Below, piece after piece: positions 1 to 14,038 of a DNA stretch of 64,000 nucleotides; the first letter of the stretch is position 1; each line of letters opens with the position of its first letter. A program made the position numbers and the translations under genes. The DNA is taken from assembly GCA_040954595.2 (NCBI GenBank), contig CM082594.2, forward strand, positions 7,943,573 to 8,007,572. Reading direction: 5' to 3'. The notes beneath the pieces were generated by a model that saw only the letters and a program-made list of their open reading frames with translations, was not told where the DNA came from and did not search any database. This DNA comes from Balanoglossus misakiensis (taxonomy: Eukaryota; Animalia; Hemichordata).

Positions 1-70
1 AAAATGCGTAAGAATGAATATGTACAGCGCAGAACAAAACGTATTTACAAGAGTGAAAGATAGTGTCCGG

Positions 71-3000
71 TTATAGAATTTCTAAATTATGACAAGACTT
101 TGAACGTGACCTATAGCTAGGTGCCGGGTCACTGTCTCGTTTGCCGAAGAAACGGCCGAAAAGTCCCCTCGCCCGTTTGAATACTGAGCTTCGCCTTCTC
201 TTGCTGTTTCTCCTCTTTGGACTGTCCTTGGTCTTGTCCTGCGTTTCATCCGACTTGTGCGCCCTCAGGCGGATCTGTCGTACAACGCCCTCGAACAGCG
301 TGTCGATGTTGTGACCCAGTGAGGCTGATGTTTCGATGAATTTGCAGTTAAACGATGCGGCGAAATGTCTGCCTTCTGTAAAATACAGACAATGGGATGG
401 TTGGGGTAAGACGCAAGAAAGTGCCATGTGGAGTCATTCATACAAGATGACCTAGACGATAATGTCAGTGAAATAAGCAAAAGAGTCACGAAAATCAGGA
501 GATGGTCTTAATGAGACTTTAATATACCCCTCCAGATAAAATGATAGGTTTTTCCTCCAATAAATGCATTAACAGGTTTTTCCCCTCAAGTCCCCCAAAG
601 AGTCGAGATTCCAAGGCCTATAGGAAACTGAACATTCCCTTGGATGAAATTGGAGTCGTGAGCAGTTAATTGGCCATCCTCGCTTGCCAAGCCTGATGCG
701 TCGTTGTAATCGAGCTTACGACACGAGCGGACGATTTTAATTGGCTAAAATTGTCGTCTGCCGCGGAAGACGACAATTTGCATGACGTCGGAGGAGCTCA
801 AAACTTTCTTTATACCTATGGTATTTTATTTGTAAGAAGGAGGTAAGTATATTGTAAGCCTTTATCCTCTAAAGAAAAATCTGTACTCCCACATGGCGAA
901 AACGACGTACAACCAAAGCCAGATCACGTGGGTTTCACTGTCGTCAGAATCCGATGACGCGAACATCCATGTGACATTTGAGATTGAAAAAATCAATTAT
1001 AAATATTTGCTGCATCTTTCATAATCTTTGACAGTGTCTTGTGGCTTTCGCCGTTTCTCAACGTTTTCAATCCGCATTTTCGAGTTATGTACAAAATCTG
1101 AAAGCTTTGCCTCAAAACAATTGTGAATGTACTTTTTCGTGCATTTAAAAAGTCAATTGATGATCTGACGTCTTTTAATGACGAAACTGACAAAAATAAA
1201 TATTTTCTGACGTAATAATCTGCTTTGGTGCCTAAGTGATCTTCCTTCGCGCATCGCATGGCATGTAGTTGTCTCTTTTCAATTATTTAATATGGTTCAT
1301 TTGATCTGACGTTTTTCAACGATAAAACGATAAAAATAAAATAAAATGAGGTTTTGAAGGAATAATAATATACTCTCTGACGCACTGTAAGGGCGTCTTA
1401 ATAAAGACTAAGTGATGCTCCGCCACGCATGAGATGAAAATGTACAAGTCACGTGACGCTATTGAAAGAAGTCGACTCTTTAGAAACCTAACCTCGGAGA
1501 GACTGATCCGTTTTCAGAAGATGAAAACTTCGAAATATTTATTTCCGTGGAGCTTGTGTGACGTTCTTTTGAAATTGATGGTGTTTCGCGGAGTTAAAAA
1601 TTTCCGACTGAGTTGGCATGGTGGCCATTTTGGAGACGCGACGTCTATACATTTGTGATAATTCTAAGCACGTGTAAAATCAACACAGAGAATGAAGGGA
1701 AGATGGATAATTTGGTGATTCGGTCGTTAGGTCTAGACCAAGTTCACTTTCATAGATCGGCGAGTCTGGGTATAGTTTCAACAACATTAAAGGCCAACAA
1801 ACGTCACTGAAGGCCAAACAAAGTTCATCGACCTGCCCCCTTTTCTGGATATCCAAAAAAATGCAACTTGCCTTCATATGTGACTTCCCGAGATCTTTCC
1901 AGGTCTGTCTTGTTCCCTACTATGATAATTGGCACAGTTTCACTGTCCTTGGTCCGCCTCAATCGAAACCGCAACTCTTTGGCTCGCTGAAAGCTCTGTC
2001 TGCTCGTAATGGAGTAAACCAGGAGATAAGCACCGCCATCTGTCAGATAACGCTCTTCGTGTTTGGTGAACTCATCCTGAAATAAAAACGAGATTTCAAG
2101 ATATTCAAACGACTCCTTTTATTTGTTGAATTCAGACACTCAAAGTTATTAAACCCTCATTCACTATGTTTGAATGATCGACAATAGGAACCCGATCGCA
2201 TCGGGTTTTAGTGGCTCTTTTTAACATGTTTTCTTTCGGGAGATTAAGTCAATCGCACGTCACCATCCTCGCGAACTGGAGCAGTAGTTGTTGCCGTAAA
2301 GAGGCATGTGATTTATGTCGTAAATAGAAAGAGAATCTGTATCATCTACGACAGACGATACAGATACGTTATGCGTGACACTGGTTCATATGGTTGTCAC
2401 TTTTGCTTACATCATCACAGGAGCATCTGCTGTATGTAGCATTTTGTTTTAACTGCCATCTGGCGAGGTAATATGACTTATCACATCACCATGGCAACAA
2501 CCGATAGACTGATGTAAAGAAATGCATCCCCATGACCCCAGCTATCCGCGAGGTCACGGAATTCTGTGCGTTGGGTGACTTACCCGTCCGTATGATGGCG
2601 TGTCGAATAACTGCAGAGTCGCCTCGTCATCATCCACCGATACAGTCTTCTCGTACACGTCGTCGATGTCTTCTGTAAATCAAAGGTCAAATAGAAAAAC
2701 AAAAAGATTAGAAACACAGGTTTATGGTTGCCAATCCTTACAAATATAGCCTGTGTTTGGATTTCGTATGGAATTTCGGCTTATAAAAAACATTGTGGTC
2801 GGCTAGACACAGCAGATTCCGCCAGAACATGAAGCTAATGACAAGGTGATGCCAACAGAGAGGTTGAGATGTGCAGACCAGACCAGACTGGAATGCAGTT
2901 CGAATGATCCGTGTTACATTGTGACGTATGGGCTTTGCTGCAGGGTCACACCTATGAAATACCGCCATCGCCATTTCATCCTAATCTGGTTTATGAGGTA

Positions 3001-6000
3001 TATAGGGAAAATTCTAAGATCGTGAGCGATCCCGTGGGAAATATACTAAATAAAATATATTTAATACAGCATATGTTGGGATAGAACTGATTGAATACAC
3101 GCCTTTAAATTTGCTAAACAAAATCGCTCGGGAACCGATACTTCAGTTTTCCATAGCCCAACTGTTCTGTGTGATTTCATGTGAGCACATGGTATTCTAA
3201 ATCACCAACGCGGTTTGACCGAAATATCACCCGACTCTATTATTAAAATATACGTGTATGACGCATATTCAAATGAGAACAGAAATGTTCTCACCATATG
3301 TACATGTAAATACTTGTAGTTTGCGGTCCTGTCTTCCTACGCTCACTTTCGCTTGCTGTCTATGTTTGTGTCCACAAAAGTTTAAAAACATCCATTTTTC
3401 ATAAATCAGAAATTTCACCAGTTGTTCATTTAACCTAGCATTCCATGAGCCTCACGTCGCCAGATTTAGGAATCGTTTGGGTCTTTTAACTTGTTCACAG
3501 ATGTCCGATGGGCATCTGCTGATATCGTGTACACGTCGGAATGCTGTGAAATGTCCAGCATTTGCATCTGCCGGATCTAACGACTGCCACCGCTCTTGTG
3601 AACATCGAACTTTGTCTCGAAGGTGACCACTGAGAACTGACAACTCGCTTCATGTCGGAAGAAAGCTATACGTACACAACGACATGATAATAAGTCGTAG
3701 ATAACATTTTACGAGTTTACCCTATCTGACATCCGCAGGAGTTGATTGTCTTTACCCATTAAATAACTCAATTGAAATAATGACAAATGACCCGACAAGG
3801 CCAACAACGATCATTATTCACAAGATCGCTGACGTATACTCGAGTTCGGTCTGCAAACACCATTACAATGTAATCGTCCAACTTTAAAAATAGACCCGAC
3901 GTAAAATGATCTCCATCCAACGATTAGTCATGGGTACTTGTGACTAAAAATAGCAAACTGACAAATCTCCACCAATTCGTCATTGTTTTGATAGCCAAGT
4001 TCAAGGAGTACGGCTGCAAGGTCAAACAGAACCTATTAGCCAAATGTTCACTGTCCTTGACTTTTATACTCTGTGGATTTCAGGCACAGAAGTGATGACT
4101 ATCAGCCATGTGCAGTTTCTTTCCAACACTATTAATATCAGATGGATGTAATCTCCTTTCGTTCGTCTCCGCGTGTTTAGTCTAGAGAGTCCAGTGACTT
4201 CAGGGTCTAGATCCGCGAATTAAAAATAAAGTACGCAAATATTTTTCTCTTGGCAGCTTTAGAGTGTTCTCTTTTGCAAAATCTTGAATGACGTCAGAGC
4301 AATTTTGTGTCAAATTGTCTAAAATTCGAAATTCAAAATGGCCGCCAATCTCTATGGCCGAAAATTCATCTTTGAATTCATAAAGACTACCCACACGCTT
4401 TAATAGCAAGGAATTGGAACTTATTTTGGGATGACTATCATTGTTCTGAAAATCTGCCCCCGAGGCGCATGCTAAACCTGAAAGTCAGGGTTGAAAGAAA
4501 CTAGGCTAGTTCCTGGAGTACTGCCCACTTGACTTTCAATGATACAAGAGTATATACAGAATGATATACGTCACTCCCTATACGCCATTTATGCTGTGTA
4601 TTAAAATGATGAGCTATTCCAATTGCCCTGACGTGTTGGGAGACCTTTTCATCAGAATTTTGTACTCAGCCTTCATATTCTTCCCCTTAAAAAGGTTAAT
4701 TTAATACCGTGACGTGTGTGGAGACATTTTGAAGCATGTTTGACATGTTTCGACCAGAAAGTAGTCAGCATTCGGAAGCGCTGTAGTATTGATACGTGCA
4801 ACTGGAACTGTTGTCGTTCCATGATAACACAAAGCGACATAGTGCAGGGAGTTGAAGTACGTGTTCGGGGGAAAATTACGAAAATTACTCAACCGATTAT
4901 TTTCAACATGTACCGTTAACAGTAGCCATTTCTATGCGGCATGGCTTTGTCTGTGTGTGAATACAGACAATTCCTCGCTCGTCCTGGCCAGATAAATCAT
5001 GACTGTCGACACAAGGCGCATAGCGAACTCTAAAACCTCTCTGTATCGTTTGCAGACGACATGCTGACGGCTCATCGCCTCTATAATAAATAGGTCATCT
5101 CTGATGCCCGTATCTGAACAACACAATCTGCTGCCGCGCTATCACATCTGCAGTCAAAATTATCCAGTGACCAGAATAATTGCGAAAATGATGTCAACAT
5201 ATAGATGTCGTATTATATAGTACTTTGACACTGAAACTGGTGCATTACTTTCACTTAAATAAATAATATTGGCCAAAGGTGGATTTATCGAGAAAAACAA
5301 CAACATGATTTTGTGTTTAGTTTTAAACTGAACCAGCGAAAAACATGCTCAGACTAGTCAGCCATACTGTGATTAGTTTATGCCGAATATAAATAACTAC
5401 AATCGGATTCCGAGAAAGCGCACATCCAATATACACTGTGTAAATCATAGCATCATTTCAGTTGCCCGTAAATGTAGCTGCAACAAAGGTCAATCCGAGC
5501 TGTAGCCAAAAGACCACGGTGGATATGTCAAATTAAATTATTCATTGTAGAACTTCGGAGAATGTGTCATCAAGGCGTTTTAGAAGATAATTCCACGGTG
5601 ACGGCACAGTTATTATAGCGAAACATTGACGTAAGTTGTAACCTGAGTATCGTTTGGGTAGAGTGCCCAGGCGCTGTGACTGTTAAACTCATTTGATCTC
5701 GAAGCTAACTTTCAACTTCTGCACTTCCGACGCTTCGGTGCAACGAGTGAGATATAACCACGGCATTCTTTATCGTTCGTGGCATTTGCAATTTGATGAA
5801 AGGCAGAGAGCAGATAGCGCAAAGCACATGGATTCCAACCCGCATCCACTCTAGTCGGTTCAGCGCGTGAGGGTAAAACGGCGCATGCGCCTGAATTTCA
5901 ACTCTCAATTTATAAAATAATATTATTGCTTTTATTCCACGCAGTGCCAAGGTTTCACCAATAAGTGACATCAACGCTATGGTTTATTAAATCAACAAAC

Positions 6001-9000
6001 CGACCCAGTATCGCCACCTAATCGTGGGATTTTCTGTCTGCTTACTTAGCAATGAAAAAGATAAACCTAATTATAAAATTTCCAAATGCGAGCTCATCTT
6101 TTTCATTATGTTTGAAGAGGTTACACATTGCGTGCTAATCCCGAAGCGACAATCCCACTCAACCTACGGCTCAACGTGATATCACATTTAGGTGTTCGGT
6201 TACAACTATGAGCAGCGGCAGATCAAGATGTATCATTTGCCCAATAGGCCTTTACAGTGTAGAATCTTTCCAGTCGGCTCTTTATCCCCCCCCCCCCCGA
6301 AAGAAAAGTTCGCTTTCGCTGATGATAGCAATAGCCGAATTCACTCGGTACTAATCACACTGAAACGTCGTGCACGATTTGAATGGGTCCTCCGCGCCAT
6401 TAAGTTGTTATTGTAAAGCTCGTAAAGTGTACCGTATCACCTGATTGCCTTATTTGGCTTAGGACATTAATATTTTTATTTCCGGAGCAGATAATAGTGT
6501 TTGTTTCCATTATTAAAAATACCCGTGAAATTGCACAAGCAATAACGCCGCGTCAGGGTCATTGCCCTGCGCCGAGTCAATATTTTTCTGGTTTGAAAAT
6601 AAACGCACTTAAAATGTCAGTGACACTGATATAACATATTACAGCATAAACAAGGCGAGCATATCTACACTGCGTTCTTTTCATCCGATAATTGGCTTGA
6701 GGGGAGTTGTATTGGATAAAAAAATATGTGGAAATCGCCCCTGGGTTAATTTAATACAACAACTGGGCTGGAATCGCAGATCCCATCCCGCTGACTGGGC
6801 AAATCAGCGTTGAAGGACACGGCCTTCAAGCGACACGCTCGAGTTTATCGCAGATGGAAAGCAATTTTATTCCCAATTGTGGCGCCTCGTTATTTACGGC
6901 AAAAGTTCAGGTTTTGCGCCGAACAAGACACAGCCATTAAAAAAACAGAAACGATTAAAGAAGACGGATAAATTCCCCGAGGTCAAAGTTCACGGTTTCC
7001 AGGTGCCAACATTGCGCGTTGTTTATCATCCTTGGCCGCGTTCATGTTCGGTTTAAACGCCCAGGAGAATTGTACCATCTAATTGATTTCGGGATGAAGG
7101 TTTGTACACTCGTCTGTTTTGTTTAAACAGCAATCGGCTCTCTTCCTCGGCATCATGTCAGAATCCTAATTACATTTCGCATTGCGTCCATGTCATTAAC
7201 AGGAAGGTAATCTACGACCTTCCGCGTCTTCCTTGGTAATTTATCAACGCCACCGCGCTCCCAAAGCATCGGAAAACAATTTCTAAACGCGCTGAACTGT
7301 GTGCCTGTCTCATTTTAAATGGACTGTCCTGTTTTTATACATCATACGTGTAAAGCTGGGTTGGAACACACATATCTACGAGGGATGTTGTTTTTCCCCG
7401 AAATTCGGCGATGAATAGTAAATTATGTATGGGGTGTGGGTAAAACTAGTAGGTAGATTGAGAGAAAAAAGTGTTCGTGAAAAGACATCTGAAGGAGTCT
7501 TTTAAGCTGTCTCCTACAATACACGACAGTATTTGTAAAAAGGGTAGGCTGGCCCTCAGGCCAGGACTGAACTGTACGCATAAAACCGTCTTTGGTTCCA
7601 GCATATGGCAGATGAGTTAGCGTTTCTATTAGTTTCCATGGAGATCTAACGAATCATTAAACTTTTACTGCGCCCTTCTTATTAGTCTCTTCGATGGTGA
7701 ATTTCGGAGAAAACGATTAGGTTATTCTCAATAGCTAATCAAGTGACCGCTGACTCGGAATGATAGTTTTGTTTATGTTCCGTCTCGTGTCTGCTGTCTC
7801 CCCGGCTAACAGGGTGACGAGACCGTGCCATGTCCAATCTGCTTAAAATCTACTGTACAGGTGGCGTTCTGTTGCTGCTGTATAGGTATAGCAGTATAGG
7901 CAAATACGCCGCCATCTCTACGGCCGATTTTAATCAGATTGTGTTATTCGCACACCGTTTCCCGATACAAGAGGTTAACTGCTTTCGTTCTCAGATAAAT
8001 AGAGATTAAAGGGGGAACAGCGATCCGCCTTCTTAAATGATGCGTCTGAATTTGACCCCTGCAAAGAACAAGCCCCATAACTCACTAATAAAATAATCCA
8101 TTAACAAATTAAAGTGTCACGGTATAGGAAATATCACGCACAGCATGAGTAGCGGGAAATGGGAAGAACAACAACGTTTCTACACTCACGGGTAGTCAAA
8201 TCATTATGATATAGGAGGGTTTTGGAAAGCCACAGCTCTCAATACCTGGTTCTTGCAGTATAGTCAGGCGAAAGAATAAAGTCTTGCGCTCAAGGGAATT
8301 TCTGTTCAATGTTGTGCGCGGCTCGGTAAATGAAAAAAAAACTTGAACCTATTCTCGTTGCCAAGGATACGCCAATTATACTGTATAATCTTTCAAATGA
8401 AGTACAAAAAACTCGGATCTGCTTTAACTGAATAACCATGTGTAACTCAAATTTGTGATCCCAAAACGAATGTTAAATTGATAGTTAGATTATATAACAT
8501 ATTGATTTTCCTGAAAATAAACATCATATTCCATCATATTATAAATTCCGCACATATACTCATATAATTCCAACTTGAATTGGCAGACAGTTTCCGTGAT
8601 GCATATTCATTTCTGTGCACAATATAGGCTTCTATCAATTGGCAATCGCGCACTGGAATGGTTAACATTCAAAAGTAATGATTCTATGCCCAGATAATGA
8701 AGAAGATGTATCTATCAAACTTGTGAAGTATTATTCTTGTATCGCTACCGTCGCATCGCTCTTTTCATGCCTAGATGATGTTCAAAAATTGTTCCCGGCG
8801 CAATTGGATTTTTTTTTATCAAATATTGATTGATAGCAGGTATTATATCACATTACCAATTTATATGCGCAGAATCAACTTATATTAGCGTCAACTCGAA
8901 CATGTGCAAATACCACCGACTAGAGAGTGGTGTGTCATTCAAAGGCTGTACCTAATAATCAACAAATATTCGCCTTTTTTCGGATACTCAACTACTGTGC

Positions 9001-10299
9001 TACTGAGCATGCGTACCTATATACCAAGCTGCGTGCATTGATGTCAGTCCCATTATAGGTTTTCTCCATTAAAAATTTTACGGTTATTTGACGTAAAGGA
9101 AACTACTTTCACGACGGAATCGGTGAAATGCACAATTAAATGCGGGTACCAATCAAATACGTTGGCTACTTTTTCTACTTGGTCGGAATGTACCGCGATT
9201 CAAGGTACATGTATGTCCATTTTTTGCTAAATATGAGACGCATTCCAGCATTGTCTAAACGTCCAGCAACAGCGAACGCTGCCATCAGCATGGTTAGACC
9301 TTGTCAGACAATTAGAAAGTTGACCTCAATACAACGCGTGTGTCTCGTGGGTATCTGCCAAAGCTCGGCGTGCTCCAGCTACCGAGGAATTCAGAATGTA
9401 ACACTACTGTAATGAATTTCTCAACATATCATTTTTCACATTGTTTCCTAGTGTGTTGCATTTTACTGCTGTTAACGTTGGTGTATCGTTACGAACACTA
9501 TCATGTCCACCATTCACTATGATTGTCGACGTTTGCTTTGTTCTCGGGTATTTCTGCCTGTAGACCTGTCTGTTTACATGCGTTTTGTAATGTAGGCTAC
9601 GTGACTGGCAATGGTGTAGATGGCTATGATGAAAGTTAAAAGACCACAGTATCGTATTGGACGGCGTGCGAGATATGCATCACCCAGTGTTTTTGGAATG
9701 ATGTCAGAGATCCTTATAGACATTTTCTGAAACCTTCGCTTCCTATGTGTCTTTACATCATGATTGATGCGCTTATTTGATGCATTTCAAAACGTATAAG
9801 ACATTGAGGTCACAAGCGACTCCCCGAACTTCTGATTCAATGATTCGCCCTGAGTTTTCATTGTGTTTTAGCGAGCGTTTAGAAATGCTGTATTGTTTTC
9901 ACAAACACCTGGTTTATAAACAGATGTTACCACTACAACTGCCTTCGACACCGTTTAATATAAACTCTTTTGTTAGCCGTCGGGTTCACCAGATTCAAAA
10001 GTGCGTCGTGGTCACAGCTGTCAGGGACTGTACGGACACTGCAATACTTGTTGAACATGGTGTTTTTTTAGCGAGCAGAGAATCAAAGTGGTTTTAAACT
10101 TACCGCAGACAGACAGATCGAATTCGCTGAGGTCAGCCGAGAAGGCGGCGCTGAGGAACTGCATGGTCAGCGAGGATTTCCCGACAGACGAGCTGCCCAG
10201 CAGGTAGACCTTGTGGCAGGGTGGCGAGGAGTACAGAGGCAGGTCAGCGATGCTCAGAAACGGTTCACTGGCGCTGCGCGTCCTCTCCTTGATTGTCAT
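71..10299 (-). CDS. RGK-family small GTPase (Rad/Gem/Rem-like), 264 aa, 4 coding exons
   Basis: Exons (minus): 10104-10299, 2584-2672, 1872-2076, 71-375; 795 nt in total, phases consistent. G1 GSSSVGKS, divergent G3 DTPSY, G4 GNKTD, G5 ETSA. Basic C-terminal extension, RGK C-7 terminus SKSCHNLEIL without CAAX, N-terminal 14-3-3-type RSASEP. The intron between exons 3 and 4 is GC-AG. Confidence 0.93.
1159..1431. repeat. Degenerate direct duplication (2 copies)
   Basis: tgatctgacgt.ttt.aa.ga..aaac...aaaaataaa ... ctaagtgat.ct.c....cgcatg occurs at about 1161-1259 and about 1301-1431. Confidence 0.5.
4300..4482. mobile_element. Degenerate MITE-like dispersed repeat (copy 1)
   Basis: Shares cgaaattcaaaatRgccgccaatct...cccacac...gaaaatctg..cgaggNgcat.cta..c.tgaa with 22655-22883. 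Its end is the approximate reverse complement of ttaaggtagaatgcgcctcg at 15982. Confidence 0.6.
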
Positions 10300-10890
10300 G
10301 GTGCTGATGTAGGAAAGTGGTTGCAGGGAGTTCCGATGGTGCGGTGCCGGTGTGTATAAGCGATTGGTTGCGTTGCTCTCCAGCTCTGGTGCGCCAGAAG
10401 ACCGCTCGGTTTGCTCGTTAGACGCAATGTTTATTGTGTGTCTATCTATAACAGAGTGTATACTGTCGCCTATCTCTGGGGCTTTTTGGTAGACTGCGCA
10501 AGTGCCTCCAATTCACCTAAAACTCAAATTTCCACTCAGGTAATCACTGAAATAGAACATGAAAAAGTAAAGTTAACACGCGATCTAACGACAGCTTCCC
10601 AATGTAAATACAGCGAGTACCAGATATAGACTTTAAATATAGTAAACACAGATGCGTGAATAGCTCGCTATATAGTGCGGTGGTCGAAAGAGCGAATTCT
10701 CACCGCCGTTTCACACGAATCTAGTGTTTGGAAACTTACGTAAGATTCCGGTGAAATTGGTTTTAACTGATGCAACAGATCGTTAGTCCTTGGCTACGTG
10801 ATGTCTATCGTGTCTGGATGCCTGTGTTTTGAAACTCGCAAAGAATGCCGTCGAGTTTGAAAGTCTGTCTCTCAGTGCATCGCGAATGTG

Positions 10891-11389
10891 TTTATATAGC
10901 ACACGTTTTGAACCGTGGCGATCAGAAAATAAATTATGATGATACCCGTGTTACACACATCACCGACGTAGGATGCTGAAATAGACGGGCGGTGTGATTG
11001 GCCAGCCGTCGATGACATCACTGAATACATTGAATATTTAAAGTAATATGACTAAATATGGTGAGTCAAATGGGCGATGCCCTGGCAATGTGACTCACTG
11101 ATGATACGGTCCGTATAGGTAGATTCCACTTCATTTACAGGGATGTCGCGCTGCCTTCGCACGGGTAATAGAAATGGATGGTTGGTTTAATTTCAAGGCC
11201 GCGAGCGGGCATTGTGAACTGGGAAAAAACAGGAAATCACAGCGATAAACAATAGAGTTATGAGCGGAACATTAATAATCTTTCTTTGTCTTTTCAATCA
11301 AACATATGTCAACATTACAGAAAAATCCTTTCTGACGACATCAACACAATTAAATAAATGATTGTGCTTTCAATGTACACCTATATAGG
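10891..11389 (-). promoter_or_regulatory. Putative promoter of the RGK gene
   Basis: TATATAAA on minus at 10891-10898, GC box about 10987-10992, CCAAT 10997-11001, CRE-like TGACATCA 11013-11020, AP-1 sites TGAGTCA 11062-11068 and TGACTCA 11091-11097, CArG CCTATATAGG 11380-11389. A minus-strand donor GTAAGT near 10739 suggests a non-coding first exon. Confidence 0.55.
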
Positions 11390-12423
11390 ACACGACATCC
11401 CGCTGTAAAAATGTTGACGTTTCCTGTTTGATAGCTACGTTACATCTGTATTTTATGCATGTTACGTTTAATGCATTTATCTGGTTGTCTCAGAATTGTG
11501 ACTAGAATTTATACAGTCGAACACAAAGAAGACCAATGCAATGCGCACTGACTCGACAAGATGAACTGACTTCCAAAGATCGCGTTATCGAAATGTTCGA
11601 TTATAAAACAACTGAATCTTTACTTGTAAGTCGAATGAGTTACGCGTTAGAAAAATGTAAATGACACAATTCAGAGATGTCATCCTTTTATTTGTCAATC
11701 GGCGATAAAAATTCAATAGCTCAAGACTTTCCATCAAAGCATTGTAAATCCCAACCGTTAAATATTATATGGGTATGCAGTCAGAATTATTGCGAATCTC
11801 ATTCGTGAAGTTGAACTTTATTGACCCGTATGGCCTACACACGTTGATTTCAAAGGTATCCGGCGTAATATATAGAGAAAAATAACACTTAATGACAATA
11901 TTTACAACAGTACCTGAGTTAAGATGAATTGATGCCGACCAAACCACGTGATTTCTTTGTTTTCAGTGTTGACCCGTGTGCGGCGTATGGCTTCATCAAT
12001 CACGGGCCAGTCACGTTCATCTCGTTTCTCAGAAACACAGTCAGAGGAGCGCGTTTCCTATTGACCCCCGAGTTCATTTGTGAAACTCGTCCTTTAAGCC
12101 GTTTGCACAATCAATGGAAACAGAATGACGTATCGATTAGCAAATCAAATATCATAACAGGCCAAATTGTTGCTTACATCTCGCATGAAAGCCAGAACAT
12201 TAGGTCTCTAGACATTGTCATGCACACCTGGTATAAACAAGAATAGAGCTCTGCATGCCATAGGTGTATGAACAGATATAATTCTCCTAGAGTTGGTCAC
12301 AGGAAAAATCAACATCTTCCGACGTTATTTTTAATTGTTTGTTAAACATGTATTGCCTTTTTGAAGATATCGAAAAAAAAATTTCATTCTCTGCATATTG
12401 AATGACAATGTGAAGATTCGAAT

Positions 12424-12446
12424 CAAACAAACAAACAAACAAACAA
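12424..12446. repeat. (CAAA)n microsatellite
   Basis: Direct inspection. Confidence 0.85.
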
Positions 12447-14010
12447 GCGAACAACGAACGAACAAAAAGTATCGCGAAGTATTTATCAAAAACCCTCACG
12501 ACTAAAGAAAGGGGTGGGTCTTTCCATAATGTGAACTCCACTGATTAAGCTGAAAACAGTTTTGACTAGCGCTGTAGGAAACCTTCGTGATCGTTACCTA
12601 GTCACGCAACAGGTAGGAAACTTGAAACAGCACGAAGTGGATAATGATAAACCCAAACAGGTCAATTTGTGAAGGGATAAAATAAGTGCTAGGCACCCCG
12701 CGCGGGGCTATTTTCTAGAGCGGCAAACATCGCCCATGGGGTTGACTGCTTTGAGCCGGTTTGTTTTCTAAAATATAGGTGTTTGTGTTACTGGCTCACT
12801 CTTTGAAATTAAACCAACACGACCCTGAATTATTTTTTTCCTGGAAGCACAGCTTGTCAATGCCGTTTAATTTTGTGTCATGTTTATGGAACGAAATATT
12901 TCTGCATTTAATGAAACGATCTTTAAAATTATAGTGGCTCATTATGGCCAGAGTATATTGGAGAATGTCAATAAAATACGAAAATCGTTATAGTGGCATT
13001 CTAAAGTAGATAAATGCCGAGCTTAGTTTAATAGATACACGCAAAGATTTAATTAATTCTATCTACGAGAGAGAGCGATTCAAAATGTATCACAACAAAT
13101 CTAGTTAACATACAAATCACGTCAATTACCTTATTTAACTAATCTCTCATAACATGTGACATGCAATTCCTGTTAATCTCTTAATAGGTCATCGTTCTTG
13201 CGGTCGACAAGGGACACCAGCTATTAAAACATCATGACATCATTACCATCATTTCCAGCCGAGTCCACTGGACCTGTAGGGGTGGTCAGGTTGTGTCAAA
13301 TGGGCACGATCGATCTTGAACGTTACTTTTGCCAATCTTTGGGAAACAAATACAATATGTATAACCTTCTCGCCGAAAACTGTTTATGAGAAAATGACGT
13401 ATTCAATGTTATATATATCTGCGCCCCTTCGCCCATCTCCGCAAAAATGTAAAAAACTACTTGGGGATCGAAATAACATTGATGCAAATAGGACAATAAC
13501 ACTGACGTTATACCTGATTAAAATACACTTTCTTCAGGGAAACGAGGGATTTTACGTCAGCAACAATTTCCGTTCAAAGGTAAGCCCATATCATCGCAAA
13601 TGATAACGAATAAAGAGGGAAAATTCTATGCTTTATTCGTGGCTTATTTGTCGCTACCATCCTTGTCATTGTATATTGCGGTCAAAACACTTTAAATAAG
13701 TTTCCATAGTTACCCTTTGTCAACAATTTCACCACACAAACCATTTCATTTGTTTTAATGATAAGATGTTCTCATCACGCAACGAAGAGGATGAATCATT
13801 GAAGAACGTCGTTGAAAGATAACAATCCGATGACGAACAGATCTGACACCATGCCAACTTATCCGATTACAGACTTTATAATTTTAGTAGCAGCACAGAA
13901 CGCCGAGATTTTATTACAATTTGCCGGAGGCAAAGATTTGCACGATATCATTAACATATTCCACACTGCTTCGTATAGTGTCGTGAGTATGTGTGTATGT
14001 TTGTCTCTCT

Positions 14011-14038
14011 GTTTGTTTGTTTGTTTGTTTGTTTGTTT
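14011..14038. repeat. (TTTG)n microsatellite
   Basis: Direct inspection. Confidence 0.9.
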
